NCBI GenBank assembly: GCA_963745845.1
Contig: CAVUZE010000007.1
Span: forward strand, 130,672-194,671
Length of the DNA: 64,000 nucleotides
Direction: 5' to 3'
DNA from: an uncultured Acidobacteriaceae bacterium
GTDB taxonomy: Bacteria > Acidobacteriota > Terriglobia > Terriglobales > Acidobacteriaceae
Made by a program: the position numbers and the translations under genes. The notes beneath the pieces are model-generated. The model was not told where the DNA came from, searched no databases, and saw only the letters and a list, made by a program, of their open reading frames with translations. The stretch's first letter is position 1. Each line of letters begins with the position of its first letter. Below, one piece after another: positions 1 through 12,191 of the stretch.

Positions 1-27
1 AGCGCGCAAGTCCTTGGGTTTTGCTTC

Positions 28-41
28 GTTACGCGCGTAAC
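28..41. promoter_or_regulatory. Perfect 14-bp palindrome GTTACGCGCGTAAC, possible transcription-factor site
   Basis: Exact dyad GTTAC-N4-GTAAC in the non-coding region ~290 bp upstream of the Ig-like lipoprotein gene; function not known. Confidence 0.25.
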
Positions 42-333
42 TTCGAGATCGCAATGTGCCAAGATTGCTATTGATTCAGTGGATTGACATATCTTATGAT
101 TGCGCCAACTCACTAGAGGCACCAATCGGATTTAATCGGCAAGAAAGCATGGAAACGCTGGATTCGCCGGCAAATCCTCGAGTTTGCCACGGAGTTATGG
201 GGCAGATTTGTGTGCGTTATCAGTTGCTTTAAGAGATTTCTATATCGCAATAGGCCGGATGGGGTTACATCGAAGGTTCCCGGTCCTAACTTAAACAAGT
301 ATTGCTGGTCATGGATCAACTTGAGCCAGCCTG

Positions 334-2043
334 GTGGGAAACGTCAGGAGATTTCTAATGCGTGATCGGTTGTTCTTGGGTGCACTCTTACTAACCGGCA
401 TAGTTCTGCCGCTCACCAGTTGCACCAACCCCTCCGGGCTCGATTCCATAGCGATTTCACCCGCGACCCAGACTCTCAACGTCGGACAGACATCGCAGCT
501 GACAGTGACCGGAACATACGGCAACGGCAGCCATCTCTCCACGCAGACTCTTTCGGCCGGAGTGACCTGGTCGTCGAATACGACGTCGGTGGCGACTGTG
601 AGCGCGACTGGTACCGTTACTGCCGTGGGAGCCGGTACAGCTACCATTACGGCATCCGCGCAGGGGTTCAGAGGACCGCTCACCACGACTGCGACCATTA
701 TGATCGGGACCACCGCAGGCGGGGGCACAACCGGAGGAAGCCTGGAATCGATTGCTGTCATTCCGAGTTCGCAAACCGTTGCATTGGCGAATCAAACTAC
801 CCAATTCATCGCCATCGGAACGACGTCTTCCGGCGCAACTGAATATTTGACCAACGCGGTGACCTGGAGTTCGAGCAATACAGCGGTTGCGACGATCGGC
901 GCAACCACCGGTCTGGCCACATCTGTGGGCGCCGGGGCAACAACGATTACCGCCCTTTACACGAACGCTACGACTGGATCTGTCGTGACCGGCGTTGCGA
1001 CCCTCTCCGTCACGGGCGGAGCCTCAGAGCAGTTCACCGCGCTGACTCTGATCCCCAATGCTCAGGCTCTCTCGGCGTCCGGACAACAAGCCCAGTTTAT
1101 TGCGCTTGGAACTACCGGAAGCACCGGCCTGCAGGAGAATATCACCAGTTCGGCGCAGCTCAGCTGGAGTTCGGACACGCCATCGATTGCCACCGTAACC
1201 CCTGCCGGACTCGTTGCGGGAGTAAGCGCGGGCTCGGCTGTCATCACTGCGCAATACACCAATCCTGACAACTCTGTGGTGGCGGCGAGTGCGAACGTCT
1301 CCGTCTCGCTTACTGCGCCTCCGGAGCCGCTGCTCTCGCTCACGATCATTCCGGGTTCTCTTAGTGTCGCGAATCTGCAGGCTACGGGGCAGTTCCTGGC
1401 AATTGGAACGTTTTCGACGGCACCCTACACCCAGGATGTGACCAACTCACCCAACACGACGTGGATCTCTTCGTTCCCCGACGATTTTCCTGTAAACACG
1501 AACAGCGGTGGAAATTCGGGGGCCAGTGCAGGCCTGGTGACCGCGTACGCCAACGGGTCGGCTACGATCATCGCGGAATACCAGAATCCCACCGACAAAA
1601 CGATCCAGACGGCAACGGCTACCTTCAACTGTCCGCTGGCTCTGCCCAATCCCAATGGCGATCCGCCGACAGCTGGATCGTGCTACGAGGGACAAGGCGG
1701 TCCGTTGCTCGCGACACTGACCGTGTACAACGAAGGTCTGAATAACACAAACTGGCTGATCACAGCGCCTTCTGCCACGGGAACGCCAGATGTAATCCAT
1801 TGCGGGCCCGGCTGGGATGCTAATGGCAACACGACTGGTTCGGTCTGCACGGCAACCTTCCCGCTGAACGCGACTGTGACTCTGACTGCGCCTGCCCAGG
1901 CTGGAGTTAACTTCGGCGGATGGTCATATAACTGCACGCCTACGGTGGCAGTCAATGCGGCTGGGCCTAATAGTTGCACCGTGACACTGACCTCGGTCGA
2001 TGGAGGTTCATTCGACGCAACGGTGGGCGCGGTTTTCAACTGA
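334..2043 (+). CDS. Ser/Thr-rich lipoprotein with 3-4 bacterial Ig-like (Big_2) repeats and a Cys-containing C-terminal domain
   Basis: Lipobox-like LTSC after a hydrophobic stretch; repeated VTWSSxxxxVATV/I...G.G.ATITA motif typical of Big_2; C-terminal TLTAP...FGGWS..C resembling InlB-B-repeat-like domains. Confidence 0.8.
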   Translation: MGNVRRFLMRDRLFLGALLLTGIVLPLTSCTNPSGLDSIAISPATQTLNVGQTSQLTVTGTYGNGSHLSTQTLSAGVTWSSNTTSVATVSATGTVTAVGAGTATITASAQGFRGPLTTTATIMIGTTAGGGTTGGSLESIAVIPSSQTVALANQTTQFIAIGTTSSGATEYLTNAVTWSSSNTAVATIGATTGLATSVGAGATTITALYTNATTGSVVTGVATLSVTGGASEQFTALTLIPNAQALSASGQQAQFIALGTTGSTGLQENITSSAQLSWSSDTPSIATVTPAGLVAGVSAGSAVITAQYTNPDNSVVAASANVSVSLTAPPEPLLSLTIIPGSLSVANLQATGQFLAIGTFSTAPYTQDVTNSPNTTWISSFPDDFPVNTNSGGNSGASAGLVTAYANGSATIIAEYQNPTDKTIQTATATFNCPLALPNPNGDPPTAGSCYEGQGGPLLATLTVYNEGLNNTNWLITAPSATGTPDVIHCGPGWDANGNTTGSVCTATFPLNATVTLTAPAQAGVNFGGWSYNCTPTVAVNAAGPNSCTVTLTSVDGGSFDATVGAVFN

Positions 2044-2060
2044 TGAAGAACTGAATTACA

Positions 2061-2093
2061 GGATGCCGCCTTTCGGGGCGGCATTCTTGCTTT
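2061..2093 (+). terminator. Rho-independent terminator
   Basis: GGATGCCGCCT-TTCG-GGGCGGCATTC stem-loop followed by TTGCTTT, just after the stop at 2043. Confidence 0.75.
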
Positions 2094-2207
2094 AAGGGCA
2101 AAGAGCGAAACCTGCATCGGTGAATGCGCACGCGTGGCGGAACTCACATGCAACTCTGAAACCCCTCCGGACAGAGGCATTTAGACTGAAAGTGTCCGCT
2201 CCAGTTC

Positions 2208-3419
2208 GTGATGACCCGCCCTTTTCGTCTGATCCGACGTTTCCGCTTCAATCTGCCCCAGCGGATCGCCGCGGGGCTGCTTCTGCTCTTCCTCGCGCAA
2301 GGTTTATGGATCACGAGCCGCCAGACGCTCTCGGATCGCGACTACCAGTATGCCCGCTGCGGCCGCGAGACCTGGGAGAAGCCATCGCCGCTGGCCGGCT
2401 ACTTTACCAGCTGCGGCAACATTCGCGATGGGATCCTCGCCTACCGTGCGGCGGGATTGCCGCTCACGCTCAACCTTTTGTTCGAGCAAGCTCTCGACAT
2501 CTTTCGCAAACCCGAAGATCGCGTTGTCCAGTCAAGCGGCGAGATCAATTCCTGGGAACTGCGTCATCAACTCGTACACATACTGCTTCTCCTGCGTCTG
2601 CCCTTTCTCCTGGCGGGGTGTGCACTTGGCGCCGGTCTGTGGTGGGTCACGCGGCGTCTCTACGGCAACCTTGGCGGCTACACGGCACTCGTGCTCTATT
2701 GCTTTTGCCCTCCCATCCTGAAAGCTTGTGTCGCGCCCGCCCCCGAGATATTTGCTGCATTGAGTGTGTACGGTGCGGTCTACACCTGTATCGGTGTCGC
2801 GCACGCGATGCAGGGACCACGCCACAAGTGGAAGCCTCGCATCGTGCTCCTGACTGTGATTCTCGGTGTTGCGGCCGCCTCGCATATTGCAGCGTTGCCG
2901 GTTGCGGCCATCCTCGGCCTCATCTTCATGCTCTGGGTGGCCGAAGGCCGGCGCAGCCAGGTATTGCCGATCATCCTCATCGCTTCCGCGGGTGCGCTGG
3001 TATTTGTCTTCGTCTGCTACGGCTTTTCACCCGATGCCTTCAGCTATGTTTTTCGCTCCGCTGCGGGATTTCTCTGGTTTTCGCTCGATCCTTCAAAGCG
3101 ATTCTTCTCGACCCTTAGCAACGCCGGCATCACGGTCGCTGCGGCAGCCGCAGCGCTGCTCTATTTTGGGGTGCGCCGCTCGCGCTACTTCGGCAATACA
3201 GCTCCACTCCTCTCCACACTGGTACTGTTGGGGCTGGTCATGACGGGGGTTCCCGGCAGCCCGTGGCTGTGGGCGTTGCCGTTTCTCCTCACCTTCATCG
3301 GCGGTGTTTTTGCGGATGCCTACGAGACCCAGCGTGGCCGTCTGGCCCTCGCGGCTGCCGGGGCGATTGCGGTGCTGCAAGTCGTCTTCTGCCTGCTAAG
3401 TCTGCCGCAACTTCTCTGA
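2208..3419 (+). CDS. Polytopic membrane protein, distantly GT-C (ArnT/PMT-like) glycosyltransferase fold
   Basis: Many TM helices; N-terminal TM followed by a loop, then RLPF...LGxxLWWxxRRLYG...ALxLY.FCP pattern seen in PMT_2/ArnT-like proteins; usual acidic catalytic pair not clearly present. Confidence 0.45.
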   Translation: MMTRPFRLIRRFRFNLPQRIAAGLLLLFLAQGLWITSRQTLSDRDYQYARCGRETWEKPSPLAGYFTSCGNIRDGILAYRAAGLPLTLNLLFEQALDIFRKPEDRVVQSSGEINSWELRHQLVHILLLLRLPFLLAGCALGAGLWWVTRRLYGNLGGYTALVLYCFCPPILKACVAPAPEIFAALSVYGAVYTCIGVAHAMQGPRHKWKPRIVLLTVILGVAAASHIAALPVAAILGLIFMLWVAEGRRSQVLPIILIASAGALVFVFVCYGFSPDAFSYVFRSAAGFLWFSLDPSKRFFSTLSNAGITVAAAAAALLYFGVRRSRYFGNTAPLLSTLVLLGLVMTGVPGSPWLWALPFLLTFIGGVFADAYETQRGRLALAAAGAIAVLQVVFCLLSLPQLL

Positions 3420-3686
3420 GCCTAACTTGGCTTCTTGGGCTCATGACCGCGTGAAAATGCCAGTTCAAAACTGCTTGTTTTTTCGTGAGAACGATCATCC
3501 GCGAGCACTCCTGCCAAGCACTGTTTCTGGTCTTGTCCCGGCGGCCTTTAAACGAAAGCAATAGAAAGACTTATTTCCCACAGGTCTGCTTGTGGCGAAC
3601 CCCTCCGAGGGCGTAAAATAGTCCTTTAGCCCGCGGCATCCGGCCCGCATCCTTCAGACCCACCTTCGCGGGCCCCCAGAATCCCT

Positions 3687-6512
<2,826 letters not shown>

Positions 6513-6565
6513 GACGGCTTACTCGCCGAATAGCGGATCGGGGATCCAATCCCCGCCACGAAAAT

Positions 6566-6595
6566 GGGTGCCTCGGGTCTCGTTGAGACCTCGGA
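6566..6595. repeat. Type-B REP-like palindrome (degenerate)
   Basis: GGGTGCCTCGGGTCTCGTTGAGACCTCGGA, preceded by GAAAAT as at 47359; same design as 47365-47439 and 53364-53396. Confidence 0.65.
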
Positions 6596-6664
6596 GCGCT
6601 CTCTTCTGATTTAAGGAAGCGGCAGTCGCCTGAATTAAAGCGGCCCCCGATCCAAAGTTTTTGA

Positions 6665-6883
6665 TCAAAGAGAAGCTTCTAACCTACTATCTTTTGGATA
6701 TTCGACAAGAAGGACGCACGGCGTAAATGCTGCCTCTAATTGTTGCTGTGTTGCAACGCGCATTTTTCGAGTGTCCAGCGCATAGAAGATCAAACCGAGA
6801 AGGGCGCCCAGGCCGATAAAGAACGAGCCAATCCCCGCCGCGTAATAGAGGTCTTCAAGGCGCATGGATGAAGTATATTCCAC
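6665..6883 (-). pseudogene. Small single-TM membrane protein, probably a frameshifted remnant
   Basis: One TM helix (IGSFFIGLGALLGLIFYAL); a shifted frame at the stop continues as LIKNFGSGAAL. Confidence 0.35.
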
Positions 6884-6898
6884 GACTGGTCTACCAAA

Positions 6899-7309
6899 TC
6901 AAACCGACCAATCCTCCACAACCAGCCCCTTTACACGAACAAACTCCCGCGTATTTGCAGTGACAAGAACCATATTTCGGGCGAGCGCCTGCCCAGCGAT
7001 CAGCGTGTCGTATTCTCCGATCCGCCGGCCCTTCCGCTCCAACCCGGCGCGAATTTCTGCTGCGGCCCGCGCATCCTCGCTATTGAAGTCGAATTGCGCG
7101 ATGTTTCTGTGAAGAAATTCGTCCAACGCGCGGGCGTTACGCGAGGCCTGTTCGCTCTTAGCAACGCCGTAGTGAAGCTCATGCAGAACGATTGTCGAGA
7201 TTGCGATCGAGGATTGATCTCGTTCAGCCTGTACAAAGCGGCGGCGCACTTTCTCTGAGGAATTATTGATTAACGCGATGCAGGCATTCGTATCGAGAAG
7301 ATACTTCAC
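6899..7309 (-). CDS. vapC: VapC PIN-domain toxin
   Basis: [32 protein letters not shown] acidic PIN motifs; 4-nt overlap with upstream antitoxin. Confidence 0.93.
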   Translation of the reverse strand: MKYLLDTNACIALINNSSEKVRRRFVQAERDQSSIAISTIVLHELHYGVAKSEQASRNARALDEFLHRNIAQFDFNSEDARAAAEIRAGLERKGRRIGEYDTLIAGQALARNMVLVTANTREFVRVKGLVVEDWSV

Positions 7310-7584
7310 TTGAAATACTCGCGAATTGGAGCTAGCTTTTGCTTCCTGCCTTCAGGAAAAATCGGGTCGCCACGGAGCGCGTCGATGCGCGCGAACCATT
7401 CTTCTGTCGTCTCCTTCTTCGCTTGTGTCACCGGCTCCAACAAAACCCCTGTGCCCATTCGCCGCACTCGAACACTTTTTCCTTCAAAGCGGAACTCTTT
7501 GGGCAGGCGCACCGCCTGGCTGCGTCCATTCCAGAACAGCTTTGCATGCACGTCATTCTTGTTTGTGATTGATCTGGGAGCCAT
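7306..7584 (-). CDS. vapB: VapB antitoxin, AbrB/MazE/SpoVT family
   Basis: [20 protein letters not shown]; start set at ATG 7584 behind an AGGAGG SD. Confidence 0.92.
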   Translation of the reverse strand: MAPRSITNKNDVHAKLFWNGRSQAVRLPKEFRFEGKSVRVRRMGTGVLLEPVTQAKKETTEEWFARIDALRGDPIFPEGRKQKLAPIREYFK

Positions 7585-7766
7585 CGGAACCTCCTGCCAC
7601 CGGGAAACCATGGTATAGATCAATAGTATATATCATCTGGACAGCAGCATAGATTTTGTGCCAAGTCAGAGGACTCGCTCTCCTTGCGCCATCTTCTTTT
7701 GCGGTAAACTAAACCGGTACTTATCGGACGATCCCGCACCACATTCGGTACTCGATTCTGTTTCTT

Positions 7767-8987
7767 ATGCGTCTTACACTGGTGTTGCTCTCGAATCTCC
7801 GCGCGCTCCTTGTGACCCGCGCCGTATATCTCGCTTTTCTTCTAGCTGTCTTGTGTGCGATTCCATCCCTTCGCGCCCACGCGCTGCAGGCACGCGCGCG
7901 CCACAAGCCCGCATCGGTGTCCGCGACCCACCGCCACGCGGCTGCTGCGCGAACCCGTGCTGCACGCGCCGGTTCATCCCGCACCCACGCACGCAGCTAC
8001 TCCGTCGCGCGCCGCCGAATCACGCGCCGCCAGCCCGCTATTGTCCGCGCCCGCATGCCGATTCGCCACTATGCGTGGATGACGGCACACAGCCCAGCGA
8101 CCGCCTCTCACAATTTGCGCTCCGCAGTCGCGGGAGGCGCCGGCACGTCATCGCACGCACCCCGCGAGACAGAACGCGCAGGCATCCCCACGCCTCAGAC
8201 ATCGGTTGCTGAACCCGAGGTCTCTGACGCCGCCGACACCAATATTTCCTCACCGCAGGAAGCAGCCAACCAGCTCGCAGCCGCCGAGATTCCCGCGGCT
8301 CCGCATGCCGCGCTTGCCGCTCCCATCGCCGCAGCCGATCCTTTGCGCAGCACACGTATCGTTGCCATGGCGCCTTTGCGCGGTTCGCTCGAATCCCTGA
8401 TCCGCCAAAATGAGAAGACCAACGCCGACAACCTCGAACGCATTGAAGACGACGCCGATCTGCATGCTCGCATCGCGAACGGCCAGCTCGTCCGCGTTCC
8501 CGAGTCCGCTGGACTCGCCGTCAACCCCAGCCTGCCCGACGACCGCCGTTATTGCCGCCCCTGGACAGCAGCTTTTCTAACCGACCTCTCTCGCGCCCAT
8601 CAGGCGCAGTTCCATCACCCGTTTGAGGTCAGCTCCGCGGTGCGCACGGTCGAGTACCAGAAGCATTTGATGCGCACCAACGGCAACGCCGCACCCGCTG
8701 AGGGCGACGTTGCGAGTCCCCACCTCACCGGCGCCACGATTGACATTGCCAAGAAGGGGCTGACCCGCAGCGAACTTTACTGGATGCGGGATCGCCTCAA
8801 CAGTCTGCAGGCTGAAGGCAAAATCGACGTCGAGGAGGAATTCCGTCAGGCGTGCTTCCACATCACCGTCTATAAGAGCTACATCGGGGCCGGGCCGGCG
8901 CACAAGCCTGCCGCGCACCCCGCGGCGCCGCCGGACGAGGACGAAAACCCATCCACTGCCGCCGAAGCCGCAACTCCCGGCGCCTGA
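7767..8987 (+). CDS. DUF5715-like protein with M15/Hedgehog-DD-peptidase-like zinc motif; N-terminal TM and long basic/low-complexity linker
   Basis: SSAVRTVEYQKHL...SPHLTGATIDI...EEFRQACFHITV resembles the SxHxxGxAxD plus distal His pattern. Confidence 0.6.
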   Translation: MRLTLVLLSNLRALLVTRAVYLAFLLAVLCAIPSLRAHALQARARHKPASVSATHRHAAAARTRAARAGSSRTHARSYSVARRRITRRQPAIVRARMPIRHYAWMTAHSPATASHNLRSAVAGGAGTSSHAPRETERAGIPTPQTSVAEPEVSDAADTNISSPQEAANQLAAAEIPAAPHAALAAPIAAADPLRSTRIVAMAPLRGSLESLIRQNEKTNADNLERIEDDADLHARIANGQLVRVPESAGLAVNPSLPDDRRYCRPWTAAFLTDLSRAHQAQFHHPFEVSSAVRTVEYQKHLMRTNGNAAPAEGDVASPHLTGATIDIAKKGLTRSELYWMRDRLNSLQAEGKIDVEEEFRQACFHITVYKSYIGAGPAHKPAAHPAAPPDEDENPSTAAEAATPGA

Positions 8988-9208
8988 TCCGCGATCCAAT
9001 CCAACTTCCTTCTGAAAATCCTCTTCGCGCCCAACCGCATTCAAAGGTACAATCGCGGGCGAACGCAATTGTTCCAGTGTGGATCCTGTGGGAGTACGCG
9101 AAGCGTGCGCATTGTGACAAATAATGCAACTATTTGCCGGCTCTCCCGGTCCAACTGCGCAATTCAGGTCGATCCGTTTAACCTTGCATTCTTCCGAGAG
9201 GCGGAATC

Positions 9209-9967
9209 ATGAGCGATCCTTTGGTTCAACCAGTGGCCGAGCAGGCGCCCGGTCTCTCCCAGTTGCAGCGCGTCACCAACACCTTCAGTGCACCGTCCAA
9301 AACATTTGCCGACATCAAGCGCGGTAACAAGAGCTGGTGGATGCCCTTCATCATCTTCACTCTTGTTGGCTATATCCTCTTTGCCACGGTCGCTTCCAAG
9401 ATCGGGATGCAGCAGGTGGTCGAAAACCAGATTCACCTCAGCCCCAAGCAGGAGCAGAATCTGACCGAACACCCCGAGCAGCGCGAAATGACGCTGAAGA
9501 TCTCGCTCTACATCACGGAGGGCGTTTTCCTTGGGAATCCTCTTCTTCTGTTGATCATCGTTGCAATCGGCTCACTGGGCCTTTGGGGTACCATTAACTT
9601 CCTGTTTGGCGGCAAAGCCACGTACGGCAGCATCTTCACCGCCTGGATGTATGCGGGCTTGCCCGGCATTTTCAAGGTCCTGCTGGGCATCATTGTCATC
9701 TTTGCGGGAACGGCTCCGGAGTCGTTTAACATCAAGAACTACGCCCCCACGAATCTCGGAGCCTTTCTCAATCCGCTTGAGACGCCCCCCGCGCTCTACT
9801 CATTGGCCACTTCGCTGGATGTGGTCACGATCTGGACACTCGTACTGCTCGGCATGGGCACAGCCATGGTCGCAGGCGTCAAACGCACATCTGGCTACAT
9901 CGCCGTCTTCGGGTGGTGGGCCCTCTTTGTGCTTATTGGTGTAGGGGTCGCCGCAGTGACCGGCTGA
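9209..9967 (+). CDS. YIP1-family membrane protein
   Basis: FSAPSKTFADIKR..SWWMPF followed by 5 TM helices; GGAA/GAGG upstream. Confidence 0.75.
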   Translation: MSDPLVQPVAEQAPGLSQLQRVTNTFSAPSKTFADIKRGNKSWWMPFIIFTLVGYILFATVASKIGMQQVVENQIHLSPKQEQNLTEHPEQREMTLKISLYITEGVFLGNPLLLLIIVAIGSLGLWGTINFLFGGKATYGSIFTAWMYAGLPGIFKVLLGIIVIFAGTAPESFNIKNYAPTNLGAFLNPLETPPALYSLATSLDVVTIWTLVLLGMGTAMVAGVKRTSGYIAVFGWWALFVLIGVGVAAVTG

Positions 9968-9983
9968 TGGCGAACATCATTTC

Positions 9984-10022
9984 AAACAAAAACGGCGCGC
10001 ATCTCAATGATGTGCGCCGCTT
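9984..10022. terminator. Probable bidirectional terminator between the YIP1 gene and fabF
   Basis: CGGCGCGCATC-TCAAT-GATGTGCGCCG stem with an A-rich run on the left (T-rich on the minus strand). Confidence 0.65.
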
Positions 10023-10067
10023 CATTCTGTTTCCTGTTGCCTAGTCCCTTTTCCCTGCTTTTGTTCC

Positions 10068-10103
10068 GGGGTTCCCGGCGACAGGTCTTCGTCACTGGGG
10101 TGG
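10068..10103 (+). repeat. Type-A REP-like hairpin
   Basis: GGGGTTCCC-GGCGAC-AGGTCTTC-GTCACT-GGGG-TGG, directly after the fabF stop. Confidence 0.85.
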
Positions 10104-10104
10104 G

Positions 10105-11352
10105 TTACTCGGTCCACCGCCGCATGATCAGCGTGGCGTTAATGCCGCCGAACCCAAATGAATTCGACAGTGCGACGTCGAAGCTGTGCGCAACGGCTTT
10201 ATTCGGCACGTAGTCCAGCCGGCATTCCGGATCGACGTTCTCAAGATTCGTCGTCGGCGGCAGCATCTGATTCTGCAGTGCCAGCACCGTGATGCCTGCT
10301 TCGAGGCCACCGGCGCCGCCCAGCAAATGGCCGGTCATCGACTTGGTGCCGCTCACCTTGAGCTTGCCGTTCAGCGCGTGCTCGCCGAACACCAGCTCAA
10401 TTGCGCGGGACTCGTTCCCATCGCCGGCCGGGGTCGATGTCGCATGGGCATTTACATAGCCCACTTCTTCCGTCCGAATGCCCGCGTCCTTCAGAGCTGC
10501 CCTCATGCTGCGCTGCGCGCCTGCGCCATCGGGAGCGATGCCCGTCATGTGATGCGCATCGGCGCTCATCCCATAGCCGATGACCTCGGCCAGAATCTTC
10601 GCGCCGCGTGCTCTGGCAAATTCCAGCTCCTCAAGAATCAGCACTCCGGCGCCTTCGCCAATCACGAATCCGTCGCGGTCTCTGTCGAACGGCCGGCTGG
10701 CCCGGGTCGGTTCGTCGTTGCGCGTCGAGAGCGCACGCATCGCCGCAAAACCGCCTACCGATAATGCTGTCACCGATGCTTCAGTGCCGCCGGCAATCAT
10801 GACATCGGCGTCGCCGTGCATAATCATGCGCACCGAGTCGCCGATGGAATTGGCGGATGTGGCGCACGCCGTCGCCGTAGCGGAAATCGGTCCCTTGGCG
10901 CCGTAGCGGATACTCAGTTGTCCCGCCGCCATGTTCACGATGACAGCGGGGATGAAGAAGGGCGAGATTTTGCGTGGGCCACCGGCGAGCAGGTTGGAGT
11001 GTTCGCGCTCAATGATTTCGAATCCGCCAATGCCCGAGCCGATAAAAACGCCGGTTCGATCGCCGATCTCTGGTGTGATCTGAAGACCCGACTGGGTGAT
11101 GGCTTCGTGGGTGGCAGCAAAAGCAAAGTGGATGAAGCGCCCCATCTTGCGCGCTTCTTTTTTGTCTACAAAGTTCAGCGGATCGAAATTCTTCACTTCG
11201 GCGGCAAAGGTGACCGGAAAGCCCGTCGTGTCGAAGCCCTGAATGGGGGCCATGCCGCTGGCCCCTGCCAGTAACTGTCGCCACACCTCCGGGGCGGTAT
11301 TGCCTACACCGCATACCAGCCCGAGGCCGGTGATGACAACTCGACGATTCAC
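10105..11352 (-). CDS. fabF: 3-oxoacyl-ACP synthase II
   Basis: RRVVITGLG, catalytic TACATS, AHATST and KSMTGHLLG, SNSFGFGG. Confidence 0.97.
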   Translation of the reverse strand: MNRRVVITGLGLVCGVGNTAPEVWRQLLAGASGMAPIQGFDTTGFPVTFAAEVKNFDPLNFVDKKEARKMGRFIHFAFAATHEAITQSGLQITPEIGDRTGVFIGSGIGGFEIIEREHSNLLAGGPRKISPFFIPAVIVNMAAGQLSIRYGAKGPISATATACATSANSIGDSVRMIMHGDADVMIAGGTEASVTALSVGGFAAMRALSTRNDEPTRASRPFDRDRDGFVIGEGAGVLILEELEFARARGAKILAEVIGYGMSADAHHMTGIAPDGAGAQRSMRAALKDAGIRTEEVGYVNAHATSTPAGDGNESRAIELVFGEHALNGKLKVSGTKSMTGHLLGGAGGLEAGITVLALQNQMLPPTTNLENVDPECRLDYVPNKAVAHSFDVALSNSFGFGGINATLIMRRWTE

Positions 11353-11355
11353 CGG

Positions 11356-11604
11356 TTACTTGCCTTTCGGAGTCTTTTCGTTCTTCTCGATGTACTCGAT
11401 GGCATCCTTGACAGTCTTGATCTTCTCGGCGTCCTCGTCGGGAATCTCGAGGTCGAAAGCCTCTTCGAACTGCATCACGAGCTCGACCACGTCGAGCGAA
11501 TCCGCGCCCAGGTCTTCCTGAAAGCTTGCCCCTGGGGTGACCTCCGCCTCGTCCACCTGCAGCTGCTCGACGATGATCTGCTTTACCTTTTCTTCAACAG
11601 CCAT
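11356..11604 (-). CDS. acpP: Acyl carrier protein
   Basis: [14 protein letters not shown] phosphopantetheine site; GAGGAG SD; adjacent to fabF. Confidence 0.98.
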   Translation of the reverse strand: MAVEEKVKQIIVEQLQVDEAEVTPGASFQEDLGADSLDVVELVMQFEEAFDLEIPDEDAEKIKTVKDAIEYIEKNEKTPKGK

Positions 11605-12191
11605 GCCTGATTCTCCTCGTATTTTTCAGAACTTCGGATGCACTTCGGGCTTCGCCTTGCTTAGTCTCCGCTCCGCCAGCCTACAATACCGGCTCCGGCA
11701 CACGAACACAACCACAGCGCACAAAAAGATGCGCATGGCCCCGAATCTCCAAGTCTACCGGGCGGGTCAAGGCATGTAAAGGCGCGGTGGGACAGGGAAT
11801 AGGGAGTGCCGACGGGCCGGCCAAGCCGGTCACGCTTGGAGCTCAGATTCAACAGCATAAAACAGCACTGCCCCTTAGCCCAAATGTGAGCCGGAGTCAC
11901 CGATAGAGCTAAACTGCGGCCTGATTTCGGATAAATGACCGGGTTGAGCAATTGGACTCAGACGCTTCGCAACATAAATGAGAATCTGGAAAACAGGATT
12001 AGGTGAAACTTCGGAACTGACCATCGCCGTTGTGCAACCCATGCGTTCTTGCAAAGGCACAAAGACCACCGTCCTGCTGCCCTCCCCAGGGCCCCTCCAC
12101 TCGACTACTTAGCTCACCCCTGAGCAAAAGCAGATCCAAGCCGAAAGTTTACGGGCGCTTACAACAATGCCCCCGTGTGTCTTGGAGACAT

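Noticed and set aside
113-319. 68-aa minus-strand ORF
   Set aside because: No motif or SD; it occupies the likely promoter region of the Ig-like lipoprotein gene.
12040-12190. Possible c-di-GMP-I riboswitch upstream of the ECF sigma gene (GCAAA and GAAA words)
   Set aside because: The required GNRA tetraloop/receptor two-hairpin architecture could not be built.
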